From positions 558,001 through 622,000 of the forward strand of contig JAKMXF010000210.1 in the NCBI GenBank assembly GCA_024704765.1: DNA of 64,000 bases, in the 5' to 3' direction. Under the pieces are notes generated by a model, which saw only the letters and a list, made by a program, of their open reading frames with translations, made no database searches and had not been told where the DNA came from. Of this stretch, positions 34,035 to 45,173 are shown piece after piece (position 1 is the stretch's first letter; each line of letters opens with the position of its first letter). This DNA is from Oopsacas minuta (taxonomy: Eukaryota; Animalia; Porifera). Position numbers and translations under genes: made by a program.

Positions 34035-35564
34035 ATGACTGATTTAGAACCTCCTCCACTTGAAGATTCCTCACACACTGTACCAATAGTCCCTACCATT
34101 GAGAATGAGTCCCCTGAGGCAGTTGCATCCGCACCCGCCCTAGAACCAGATGAACCATCACCTGAAGTAATGTTCATGTCTGCTAAACAGGATCATGACC
34201 CAATTGTCGAGCTAAATGGTCCTGGAAGTTCTGAGGATGAATTGAAGTCTTTCAGTTTTGAGGGACAGCCTGCTCAGCTGCCTGTCAGTGAGTTGCGAGA
34301 AGTTTCTATTGATATTGAGAAGGAAAAGAAGACTTCAGCTAATAGAGATAGCGGGGATTATAACTTCCAGACATTAGCTGCTGGCCTGTCGGTAGAACCA
34401 GAAGAAATTAAGGGAGATTACGATATCACTATTACGGTTAGTGATCCTGATAAAGTAGGAGATGGAATGGGGGCTTTCATGGTATATCAGATTACCTGTA
34501 CTACTAGCATACCTACATTCAAAGCTGCTGAATGTACGGTGAGACGGCGATTCAGTGATTTTCTGAAACTACATGCTGAGCTCTGTGAAAAACACGAATG
34601 CAAGGGAAGGATTGTTCCTCCAGCTCCCGAGAAGTCTATGCAGAATCTCACCAAGGTTAAAATGTCCAAGGCAGAGAACACTGGTTCCTCTGAATTTATT
34701 GAAAAGAGGAGGGCTGCTCTTTCGAGGTATCTCAACAGAATCGCTAAGCATCCGATCCTAGTGCAAGATCCCATTTTCCGTCAGTTCCTTGAAAATCCTG
34801 GAGATCTCCCTTATGCTAAAGATATGTCGTACATGAGTGGAGCTGGTATCATGCGAGCTATGAAGAATGTAGGTGCTCAGCTGTCTAAAATGACAACAAA
34901 GATGACAGAAACAGACATGTGGTTTGAGATGAAACTAACTCAGATCGAAGCACTTGATTCTCACTTGAGGAAGCTGCTAACCTCTGTTGAGATTATGGTT
35001 AATGAGAGACGGATTTTGTGCAATGCTGGAGGTAGTTTAGCATCTAATTTGGCTTTGTTGAGTCAGACAGAGGACAATAACGCAGTAGCAGGAGCTATTT
35101 CTCATCTCTCTGACCTGGAAGGCAAAGTTCATGATTTGAATGAGAAACAATGGCACTGTGATTACTTCTTATTGGGGGAGATGGCAAGAGATTATATCGC
35201 GATTATTGCCAGCATCAAGAGTTGTTTTGATCTCCGAGTTAAGATATACCAGACCTGGCAAATGTCTCAGAACACACTTGTGAAAAAGCGCGAACAGGAG
35301 GTTAAGTTACAATCTCAGGGTAAACATGATAAAGTTCCCCAAGTACAAGCTGAAATCGGTGTCTTGGAGCAACGGGTTCAAGAGGGACAGGACAGCTTTG
35401 ATGCCATCTCTAAAAACTTCCGAACTGAAGTTGAGCGATTTGAAAAGAACCGAGCTATTGAATTTAAACAAACAATCTTGAAGTATTTGAGAGAAATGCT
35501 AGAGCATCAGGAGAAGATGTTAAGTTGCTGGCAAGAGTTCCTTCCTGAAGCTCAGAACATCTGA
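34035..35564 (+). CDS. SNX1: Sorting nexin 1/2 (PX-BAR)
   Basis: PX domain (VSDPDKVGDGMGAFMVY, VRRRFSDFLKL, PPAPEKS, FIEKRRAAL) followed by a BAR domain. Confidence 0.93.
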   Translation: MTDLEPPPLEDSSHTVPIVPTIENESPEAVASAPALEPDEPSPEVMFMSAKQDHDPIVELNGPGSSEDELKSFSFEGQPAQLPVSELREVSIDIEKEKKTSANRDSGDYNFQTLAAGLSVEPEEIKGDYDITITVSDPDKVGDGMGAFMVYQITCTTSIPTFKAAECTVRRRFSDFLKLHAELCEKHECKGRIVPPAPEKSMQNLTKVKMSKAENTGSSEFIEKRRAALSRYLNRIAKHPILVQDPIFRQFLENPGDLPYAKDMSYMSGAGIMRAMKNVGAQLSKMTTKMTETDMWFEMKLTQIEALDSHLRKLLTSVEIMVNERRILCNAGGSLASNLALLSQTEDNNAVAGAISHLSDLEGKVHDLNEKQWHCDYFLLGEMARDYIAIIASIKSCFDLRVKIYQTWQMSQNTLVKKREQEVKLQSQGKHDKVPQVQAEIGVLEQRVQEGQDSFDAISKNFRTEVERFEKNRAIEFKQTILKYLREMLEHQEKMLSCWQEFLPEAQNI

Positions 35565-36243
35565 ACCTTCTTGTATATTTTTGGTAAATATTTATATTTA
35601 GATAGGGCTTGAATGAAATGGTAGATTAGTTTAATTCATGTCATGTCAGATTACGTTACATAACAATACATCCTGAATGTTGGATGTATTCTTATTATTG
35701 AGGTAATTGTTTATTATAATTTCTTATAATCTATATTTGGCGTTTATTTGGGGATATTTATTCTCGCTATTGATTTTTGGTGTAAGTTATTGCGATAACG
35801 TTGGCTTTGCTTCTTTAATTAATTGCCATGCAAAATCACTGAAAGAAGTTTGCATTATGTAGGAAATGTCAGATCGCTATCTGTAATTTGATCATAAAGT
35901 GAATTAACGATTAAGAAATCCATCTTATCTCTGTGATTAATCTGGTATATTACTTGCTTAGTTCTTTCAATTATACACTCATCCCATATCCAAAGAGCTA
36001 TTATATCAATTGCAAGCTTGCAATTAATCTACAGAATGACTAGCTAAATTTGCTGATATTTACTATTTACCCAATTATTGGTGACAATAATCCTAATTAT
36101 AATTTGGTTATTACTTCATTTAATTAACTTTAATCATTCGCATTGCTTGATATGTTCAATTATCAACAACAATAGTCTAAATTTATTATTAGCAAATGCT
36201 TAAAAATTTGTGAATTATGATATTCACCTATCCTTTTCCGCCT

Positions 36244-36570
36244 TTACTTTGAACTCATCGCTACCAATTGTTTCAAACCTTCGACTGATTTGTATAGTGT
36301 CTCTTTCGCCACTGCAGTTGCCATTATTTCGCTTTTGAGTTCATCGTTTAATTTATTGAGAGCCTGTATCTTCTTTTCTTGCTCACGACGCTCATAATCG
36401 CTCAGATAATCATCATCGCTGTCATAATCACTCACGAAATCTTCATCGTCCTCGAAATCTGAGCATGAATCGCTGAACGAAATCATATCGCTATACATCG
36501 CTAAATCAAATTTATTAAAATCAATTATGACATTACTATCCTCATTTACTGTTTGTGTACTGTTTGACAT
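36244..36570 (-). CDS. Small orphan protein: acidic tract plus leucine-zipper-like coiled coil (108 aa)
   Basis: First ATG at 36570 (the track started at TTG), D/E-rich middle, heptad-patterned C-terminus, and a TATA box upstream. Confidence 0.6.
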   Translation of the reverse strand: MSNSTQTVNEDSNVIIDFNKFDLAMYSDMISFSDSCSDFEDDEDFVSDYDSDDDYLSDYERREQEKKIQALNKLNDELKSEIMATAVAKETLYKSVEGLKQLVAMSSK

Positions 36571-36659
36571 TTTTTCTCTCGTTTGGTTTTGTGTAAGTTG
36601 ATTAAGTCTTTTCAAAGATGTTGGTTGTCGTTGGTTAAATCACTGCTGCCACAGAGCTG

Positions 36660-36667
36660 TATTTATA
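36660..36667 (-). promoter_or_regulatory. TATA box of the acidic-zipper gene
   Basis: TATAAATA on the minus strand about 90 bp upstream of the ATG. Confidence 0.5.
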
Positions 36668-37569
36668 CTTCAGTAAGCTAGCGATATCCCAATTCTGCAT
36701 TAGGTAACCCCAATGTATATACTAAAACAATGTGTGATGACTTTATCCAGTCTTGCGTTGCCTTACAATAGATTCTTTCATTCTTTTCACTATTGAAACT
36801 CAGATTCTATTCTTATCCCTGGGCTTTAAGAAACTCAATAAGCTACGGATTTTGATTCTCCTTTAATTGAAGATTACTTGCTCTATAGTATTTGTATGGT
36901 GTTTGTAGTTCATCTGATTAGATATCAGATTGTTGCTAGCTATTCGTGCTCATAATTCGAGCAGTATGCAATCTAATGTCGAATAATTAATCGTTGAATT
37001 TTCATGAGTTGAGCATCAATAAGCCCTGATCATTTCCCAATACAAATAACTAATAACTAATCTTTCCTATTTATGAATATCAACCATCTTTATAATTACA
37101 GCTAATGTGCTGTAGCAAACAATTAATGTGCTACGTAACTGTACCTTCACTAATATGTTATTATACTTTCTAAGTGATAGTTAGGGATCTTGCGCTTGCC
37201 TTACAAAGCATAAATTTTATGATCTTTGCAACTATCACCATGATATGAGCTATAATTTCATCCAAATAACTGATTACTGCTTTCTATTGAAAATAGATAT
37301 TATTTACTTCTAGCCATCTGCTAAAGAGGTTATCAATTCTTGACGCATTAACTCAGTATTGTTCATCGAAGCATTTTAATATTGTCCTAGTTTGCCTATA
37401 AGATGCTTAATGGCCACAACTGAGGTATTTTGAACGATTAAATGCAGATAAATTCAGCGTGAAAATAATATTAATGCAAATCGCTATTATGTAATTACTA
37501 AATGTTTTCAAACATAAACAGCTTTAATATCATCTTATTTATGAGGTATAATTCAGCCAATTTATAATC

Positions 37570-38481
37570 ATGGCCTCCAACAGTATTGAAGTCAATTTAC
37601 AATCTCAACTTGATGAAATTGAAGTTATTGAATCAATGTTTAGTGGAGAAGGTGAAGCGATTATAATCACAAATACAACTCCCTTCACTGAGGCTAAACA
37701 TTATCTAAATGGACATATCCAACATTTTGATTCTATTCTATCGTTCACAGTGAAACTTTGTGTAACATTACTACATCCACCTGATGAAATTAGGACTGGG
37801 ATTAAATTGCATTGTAGCTTTCCTAGAGGTTATCCTATCTCTGCTAGTCCCAGAGTACGAGTTATCTGCGATGGAATCTCCAATAGTTCCCATATTAATT
37901 TTGATAATAAGCTATCTGAACACATTAATAGTATACCTGTGGGTGAACAATGTTCTGTATTAGATGTAATAGAATGGATACAAGAAAATATAAATAAATA
38001 TATTCAAATTAATTCTCAACCTTCAAAACCCACGAATTCAATGACTAATTCAACCAACAATGACAGTTTGACATTATCCCGTATTTGGATATATTCTCAC
38101 CACATATACAGTATTATTAAACGAAAGAATATTCTGAACTGGGCGGAAGAGCTTAAGCTGACCGGATTCTCTCTTCCTGGAAAACCTGGCATTATTCATG
38201 CTGAAGGAAATACTAGCTGTGTGGATGAGTTTTATTCAAGGTTGAAAGCTCTCAATTGGAAACGTTTATCTTGCAAACTGAAAGAAGACCTTGGAATAGT
38301 TACTTCTAGTGTTGAGAAGAAATTTTCAGATTTTCAAGAGATCAGCTTTGATCCTCACGGGAGTAGGGATTATCATATGGATCTTGGTAAGTTCTTTCAG
38401 TTTCTTAAGGACCACGGATTAGAAGATAAATTCCAAATACTCTTCGGAGTCAAAGGCACAGCTTCCAAAGTATATTCGTAA
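37570..38481 (+). CDS. RWDD2: RWD domain-containing protein 2 (A/B)
   Basis: RWD domain (QLDEIEVIESMF, FPRGYP) and C-terminal RIWIYSHHIY..KRKNI, GFSLPGKPG, YHMDLGKF. Confidence 0.88.
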   Translation: MASNSIEVNLQSQLDEIEVIESMFSGEGEAIIITNTTPFTEAKHYLNGHIQHFDSILSFTVKLCVTLLHPPDEIRTGIKLHCSFPRGYPISASPRVRVICDGISNSSHINFDNKLSEHINSIPVGEQCSVLDVIEWIQENINKYIQINSQPSKPTNSMTNSTNNDSLTLSRIWIYSHHIYSIIKRKNILNWAEELKLTGFSLPGKPGIIHAEGNTSCVDEFYSRLKALNWKRLSCKLKEDLGIVTSSVEKKFSDFQEISFDPHGSRDYHMDLGKFFQFLKDHGLEDKFQILFGVKGTASKVYS

Positions 38482-39232
38482 TATATTTTATCTTACACTA
38501 ATAATCTCTCTATTGTGTACGAAGTATTACAATATTGTCAGGTATTAGAAATAACTTATACTACATCCTCTTGCGTAACAGATTGCTTTATCTGTTAATT
38601 TTCATTTGCAACTTTGTTGCTAAGTTTATGAAGGATCATTAGCATTTGATTCTAATTTTATAGACTTTACAACACACAATTAATCTATAATTTTGTATTT
38701 CATTTCTCCGAATTGTATCCTTATTTAATTCATATTGATTGTTCGTTTTGTGCCTAGAATTTGCGTGAGGTTATGTAGCTGAAAAGTATTTAAGTATTTC
38801 AATAGCCTCACTGGAATCATGTCCCAGATCTTCTTGCCTAATGTCGACACTATATGGAAGTATACAGAGCTTTTTGATAAATGAAATTGTATTTTCACAT
38901 ATAGTGAAATATTATCCATTATTCTTGGTTTTAAGCTAATAGTCTGTTGCAAACAGTTTGAACTTTTAAGAAGGCATTTCTATCAATTCTTGGACTATTT
39001 AGAGCCTTCTTACTTTGTATTCTATTAATGCTTATCTTTAACTGAATTAAAACTTAAAGAACACATAATTACTTAGACTAGTTGTAATTGCAAAGTAGAC
39101 TTTTACACTAGTCTGAGATATCTGAGCACTTTGAATACATTTTGGTTACATAAGTAGATTCATGTGTCAGTTATATTATAACTTACCAAACTAGCATATC
39201 ATATATTCTTTGTGATACAATTGTGAGTTAGA

Positions 39233-41065
39233 ATGGCCAGCAAAAAAACAGACTTCTCTAGTTATGTTGCAATGACACATGAAGCTCTAGTGTCCGAGAT
39301 TCCAAAACTCGACCGCATGAGTCAAGCGGAGAGACTCAAACACAATCGTAGACGTAGGGAGAAGCAGATCAAGAAATGGAAGGAGGTGGAAGAGAGGGAG
39401 TTCAAAAAGCATTTGGGGCGTGGCGCAGGAAAGAAAGGTTCCGCAACTCAGCTGATAAAGAACACTGACTCGACTAAGAAACAACAAGTAGACTTTATTA
39501 GTCAGTCAAAACTATTTGACTTTGTTTCAAAAAGGACGATAAGAGATATGAAAGCATTCTTAGACAAATCTAGCGAAGAGGATCAGGTCTCTCTAATCGG
39601 TTCAATAAATCATCACGGCATGACTGCTCTACACAAGTGTGTTGCAGAAGGTGCTACTAAAATCGCAGAGGAGCTGATCTCACGAGGTGCTGACGTCAAC
39701 ATCGGGGACAAGGACCAATGGACACCACTACACGCAGCAGCATTCATCGGAGACCTAGACATGGTGGATTTATTCGTGGCTAGCAATGCTAACCTCATGA
39801 AATTGAACCTTGATCTTCAGACCTGTCTAGATCTAACGGAAGCTAAAGATGTGAAGGAATTTCTAAAAGAGCAATTCGCCAGAGAGAATATAACAGAGGA
39901 AATGTTGAAAGAACTCAAAGATGCTCCCTCAGCTGCCATGCTATCTGAGGCTGATAGTCTGTCTGTGGAAGAACTGAACAAGGGAAAGTATGATAACGGA
40001 GCTACTCTCCTGCATATAGCAGCTTCTAACGGATTTAATGAGGTAGTAGATACACTACTAAAGAAGGGAATAGATCTGGAGGTGAAGGACGAAGATGGAT
40101 GGACTGCTCTACATGCAGCTGTCTACTGGGGACAGGAGAGTACCATAGCCAAGTTATTGTTAGGAGAAGCTTCATTCAATGCTGAGACTAATGCTGGTGA
40201 AGATGTACTAGCTCTTGCGCCTAATAACAACCTCAAGGAGAGGATTGAGTCTATGTTCACTGACTACAGTAAGGAGAAAGCTAAGCAGTTCTTCGAATCT
40301 ATCGACTCGTTAGGGCCTCGCGCACGGGACGCGAGAAGCAGTAGCATAATGGCTAAACAGATGATGAAATCCCCTGAAAAACGCACTGAGGATCAGGTAA
40401 CAAATGCAATGATCATGGGTACCAATCTGGGACTGATTGATGAGGATGATGACACGTTCAATCTCTACTTCAATTCGAGTGTTGATATTTCTGATCCTTA
40501 CCTCCGTACGGTGTATGGAGATAACTACGATGAGCCAAAGAGGATGTCTCTATCTAGTGACTCTATGACTAGTTCTGTATACTCACTCAAACAATCTTCT
40601 AGAGAATGTATTTTTGCGTCTAAGACCCCGTCAACTCCATTAGATGATGATGAAGTAGGGTTTGGAGTAGCAGTAGCAGGTACATTAGGATCTATATTGG
40701 AGCGTGCTACTGAAAAGACAGCTTCTTCTAACCTTAATTCTACTATTACGACACAAGATGCTACCATAAAGGATTTAGTTCCAGAACCTGAGGATCTTAC
40801 TCCGACTGATGACCCTGAAAAGGAACCTACAGCTGCAGAAAAGTTTGCTACTCAGCACACTTCCGATGAATTAACTACAAAAACACAGTCTCTGGATATT
40901 CCGCGGGAACAGACTGAACAACAGAGAAGTATGAGTGACATTCCGGTGCCGAAACGCGGCAAGGCCCAGACTTCCTTGGTGCCGAGATCAAAGGAGGGAG
41001 CGAGAAATAAACAGACAAAAAGAGGACTTAAGAGCAAAAGTAAGGTTGAATGTACTATTTTCTAA
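39233..41065 (+). CDS. PPP1R16: Ankyrin-repeat PP1 regulatory subunit, PPP1R16 (MYPT3/TIMAP)-like
   Basis: N-terminal ERLKHNRRRREKQIKKW, ankyrin repeats (GMTALH, WTPLHAAA, GATLLHIAASNG, GWTALHAA), and C-terminal CaaX-like CTIF. Confidence 0.75.
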   Translation: MASKKTDFSSYVAMTHEALVSEIPKLDRMSQAERLKHNRRRREKQIKKWKEVEEREFKKHLGRGAGKKGSATQLIKNTDSTKKQQVDFISQSKLFDFVSKRTIRDMKAFLDKSSEEDQVSLIGSINHHGMTALHKCVAEGATKIAEELISRGADVNIGDKDQWTPLHAAAFIGDLDMVDLFVASNANLMKLNLDLQTCLDLTEAKDVKEFLKEQFARENITEEMLKELKDAPSAAMLSEADSLSVEELNKGKYDNGATLLHIAASNGFNEVVDTLLKKGIDLEVKDEDGWTALHAAVYWGQESTIAKLLLGEASFNAETNAGEDVLALAPNNNLKERIESMFTDYSKEKAKQFFESIDSLGPRARDARSSSIMAKQMMKSPEKRTEDQVTNAMIMGTNLGLIDEDDDTFNLYFNSSVDISDPYLRTVYGDNYDEPKRMSLSSDSMTSSVYSLKQSSRECIFASKTPSTPLDDDEVGFGVAVAGTLGSILERATEKTASSNLNSTITTQDATIKDLVPEPEDLTPTDDPEKEPTAAEKFATQHTSDELTTKTQSLDIPREQTEQQRSMSDIPVPKRGKAQTSLVPRSKEGARNKQTKRGLKSKSKVECTIF

Positions 41066-41332
41066 ATATAGTACTTTTTATTCATAAAGAATTTTAGCAG
41101 ATACTTTTTCACATTTGTAAATTTGTTCCCTCTGCTACCAGGACATTGCTATTCTATATTATTTCCTCTTTGTTCTGCTGTATATATATAATAGGTGTGT
41201 TAAGATATGTATATATTTGAGTTATAGATTACAATCAGTAGACATAATTATTTTCTACTCGGAAAGGTGGCACAAACCTTGCCTTGGCCTTGGGAGAGGT
41301 ACGTATCCAACACTAGGAACATTTTGTTACTA

Positions 41333-41489
41333 CAGTGTATCCTGGTTATAAGGACCTCCTTGGGAGTTGCAATACATGTCCTTATAACCGGCATAAAGTA
41401 TACAGGAATATATGAAAACCGTTTCCAGAGGATGGTACTTGAATCCGGCGTGTTCTTATATTCTGTTTTATTATAACCGGCGTCCACTG
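41333..41489. mobile_element. 157-bp Tc1/mariner-pogo-type MITE
   Basis: TA|CAGTG...CACTG|TA. Imperfect TIRs CAGTGTATCCTGGTTATAA and (reverse complement) CAGTGGACGCCGGTTATAA, plus an internal inverted copy GTCCTTATAACCGG at 41378-41391. Confidence 0.75.
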
Positions 41490-41972
41490 TAATGTACAAA
41501 ATATTAATTTGTCATTAAACGTGGTAAGAGTGTGTGTACTATATTTTAAACTAAAAAAATAACAAAACATTGGGCCTCGAAACCGTCTCAACATTATAGA
41601 TCGCGGTGATCTCAGATTGTTGTTGACAAAATTCAACCAAACATAGAGAAGTTAGAAAGCACGCATCAGCGACATATATCCCAATGATTTCTGAATTCAT
41701 TCTTGTTGAATCTTGTTACAAATGCATTTTGTCGTAGCTACAGAAATACGGAATGTTATCTGTTCATTATTCAGGTACTATTCTTCTTGAATTCCAGAAA
41801 TTGGAGATATTATTTGATTATATTTAGTAGATTATAAAGTTGCTTTTCGAAGATAACATTTATCCATCTCTGTCTAGATCTACTCAAATACACGTATTTA
41901 ATATTTTAGAGTCGCGTAGTAGTTAGTTACTTGACGAAGAAAATAGTTGTGTTTCAATAATGAATATATCTT

Positions 41973-42041
41973 GGGCTGGGGGCCGTGAAACACATGATTC
42001 ACTCAAAAGGGGACGATCAACAAAAGGTTTGAGAAACACTG
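41973..42041. mobile_element. Probable solo terminus of a hAT (Charlie-like) element
   Basis: Ends ...AAAAGGTTTGAGAAACACTG (reverse complement CAGTGTTTCTCAAACC), typical of Charlie-type TIRs. GC-rich against the flanks; no partner end found. Confidence 0.5.
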
Positions 42042-42715
42042 TATTATTGTATACTTAATACAGAACTGGTGAATATTACGCCAACGACTAATAACTGAGA
42101 AACTGAACATAATTCCTGTCTAAACATATAATTCTGATAATATCTATTCTAATTAACATATTGCAAGTGATGGAATCTATCATCAAGCAAGGTGTCAGAA
42201 GTACCATCGACTATCCATAGTTTAATTTTCCACCTTTCTAAGTGAGGTAAATGATCCCGTCATCATTTAATTACTATATACTTGTATAAACTGCGATATG
42301 GATATAATACAATTCACATTTCATTTCTATTGGAACCACCGTTTAACGACTGCTTTCATTATACACTTCCAAGGTGAGAAATTATTATCATCTCTGTATG
42401 TTATTTTTATGTAATGTTATATCATAATATCTTTATCTTCATGTGACACCCTTTACCAGAATTATCACATCTCCCTTCTTTCCAAAATATATCGATGTAA
42501 TTAAATTCACCCCTAATTAATTATTCCTAACCATTTAATATAATTACTGCTCAGCTCAGTCTCCCTTAGAGTGGTTTCGCTGCATATTTTAACATGTAGC
42601 AGTTGTTATGCAACACCTGATGTATAACTTTCACAGAATACATAAATTGCCGAACTCTCTCTAATTAATTTTTTGTATTAAGTCGCGCTGGGATTATAAT
42701 TTTCAATTTTTTTTA

Positions 42716-42777
42716 TGCATAAAGTTGTGTTTCATGGGATTATTATCTCAAAATCCCATGAAACACAACTTAATGCA
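42716..42777. repeat. 62-nt near-perfect inverted repeat (26-bp stem, 1 mismatch, 10-nt loop)
   Basis: TGCATAAAGTTGTGTTTCATGGGATT / ATTATCTCAA / AATCCCATGAAACACAACTTAATGCA. Confidence 0.9.
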
Positions 42778-45032
42778 GGACTGGGTTATTGAATTTGTGG
42801 TCATTTATAAAAGGAAATTTTTGGTAATATACTAGCTCGTTCATAAGTTGGAGAATTATAGATTAGATTGGAATTTACTTGTAGCGAATAACAATCAAAT
42901 ATACGTAATTATGGTTTAATTGGTGTTAACTAATTAGAGTGACAGTCCCAATTTCCAAGTTCAAAGACTAGATTTGACTAACGTTAACATCATTCTTCCT
43001 GTCATAAACCAATTATAAATTAATTTGATTGATATATTCGCACTATTCACCAAATATGTATGTTGCTCAATGCTATCCTCTATAATATTATTAAGTAATT
43101 AAAAATTAATTATTCATTGCTGTAACAAGTCATCCCCCCTAATTAAATACGAATATATTTTGAGGCTGTAATACCAATTTGTAATAAGACAGTTGTATTA
43201 GTTAATTACAATGGAGCCTCTAACCTCTATTATCATCATTATTTACTTTTCCAATCTGCTACGTGTTAGGTACCGCTAGTCCTGCCCGCGGTTACTGAAA
43301 TTTCATTTATAAAATTATTTTACTAATTGTGCCTTCATCAAACGGTACATCTGTTGGGAAGTCAGTACCCATCACTTTTGTTATCATAGCTCTACCCGAG
43401 ACCAATATAATTCAGCTTTTAGTTGAGCAATTAATCAACAATTAATTAACTCAGTGTCTCGGGTCAATTCACTACATTATGCAGCTTATTTCAATACTCC
43501 ATCACATTCCTAGCTGGATTTATTCTTAATTAATTAATTGAGCTACTCTACGAAATTGTAATTGTAATGTTAGTCAATTAATAGATTAGTGTGGAATCGT
43601 ATCTCTCCTAGTTGTGTCTGTGTGATTAACCCGGCAATTGCCTTATTTGCTTGGATTATACTCTAAATTAATTAATTACTATTCGAGAACAATTAATCAG
43701 CCTGTACCAGGTTGAGTAATTCGTTACAATATCAGATATTCTTGTTGCTAGATCCATAATTATATTTACCATATGGAGACAACCATCTGTGTTTAACGAT
43801 TATGAGGCGATTTGTTATACGAGAAAATATTCCTTCATTTTAGAATCTGAAAACTAGACAACGATATATACACTTTAATGAATTAATGTACATCTATATA
43901 TTATTTATGGTCATTTCTTATCTAATTAGAAGTAAGGTTTCCCTTATTTGAGATATAGTTATGCAGCATAATTGTTTACATATACTTATGAATATTTATA
44001 CGACCAGTGTTTATATTGCCCCTTGGCCTAGTGGAGCTGAGAGATGAGTTAACGGTTGGATTATTCCACCTATTGCTGATCCAATAGTTGCTAATGATTC
44101 TATCTGCCACTTATCTAAATTATGTTCCAACGGCTTAATTAATGACATTAATGTGGCAGTTCTGACTGCCTAATTGCCAGTAGTTTCGTTTTCGTATTTA
44201 TTGTATTGTTATAGTCTCTTTAATTTCTCGATAGTTCAGTATCTACATGATGATTCCTCAAATTTATACATTATGCTCTCTTTTACTTCATATCTTCTTT
44301 CTATTATTAAATTGGCTGCATTTTACAAAATATTTAATTAAATTCCCGCTCTTTGACAGTTTCATTTCAAACATTTTCGCAAGTTTGTTACCAGCTGTTA
44401 TATTCGTTGTTTGCATAGGTCACGTATCCTCGACAAACTAATCCTACTAGGTTTATCCCGACGAGTATTTACAGGATTTTGAATTCATTCGATTTCGGTA
44501 AAAATTAACATCAATACTTAGTTATAATTGATAATAACAATCATACGTATTAGCTCTTTACCATCTAGTAAAGTTACTACTAATCCTTACAAAATACTTC
44601 TGTTCCATTTACTTACCGATTTACAAATATTGCATACAATCACAACAAGATATGAATTGTTATCACTTATCAATACCAGCCGTATAATTATGTAATTATT
44701 TAGATAATTACTTTGTATGAAGCGTTGCCTTTTATTATACTCTGAGGTAAAAATTTATTACCTTTAATTATCTTTAAGAATATGCATTATTTCATACACA
44801 GACGCCATCTGGTATAAATCTATTTGTCTGCACTACCATAAGTACTGATATGATATATTTTATCGCGATTAATAAGTTAAAAAATCTTTTTAATTAATTG
44901 GTGCCATTTATATTATTTGAAGATTTTAATCTTTGATAAATTTTCCATAGAAATTTCGCGTATGTTAAAATTCGATTTTTGCATTGTATCAAGCCATTAG
45001 CCCTCGTTATTATTGACAAGCTCAGTTCCAAG

Positions 45033-45040
45033 TATAAATA
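45033..45040 (+). promoter_or_regulatory. TATA box of the homeobox gene
   Basis: TATAAATA about 135 bp upstream of the inferred ATG at 45174. Confidence 0.5.
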
Positions 45041-45173
45041 CTCTTACTTGAGCAATTAATTAGTACTTAAGCATTTCATAACTGGCCCGTCAATCATTGA
45101 TATGCATAAAAATTCGACTCGCTAATTATCCTACTGCGCTGTTTAGGCAAATCATATATCTATTGATTGATTG

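Noticed and set aside
41248-41636. ORFs 41248-41499, 41267-41476 and 41382-41636
   Set aside because: They overlap the non-coding MITE and have no transposase motifs.
42815-42824. Sm-site-like AATTTTTGG downstream of the 62-nt hairpin (possible snRNA or SL RNA)
   Set aside because: The motif is common in AT-rich DNA, and no SL donor or snRNA-like sequence is recognisable.
43394-43464. 9-bp inverted repeat ACCCGAGAC...GTCTCGGGT with a 53-nt spacer
   Set aside because: Too short, with no TSD or second copy seen, so it cannot be separated from chance.
44018-44070. Pol III A-box-like TGGCCTAGTGG with a weak B-box-like GGTTGGATT
   Set aside because: Spacing is too short and there is no cloverleaf. 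At most a decayed tRNA-derived fragment.
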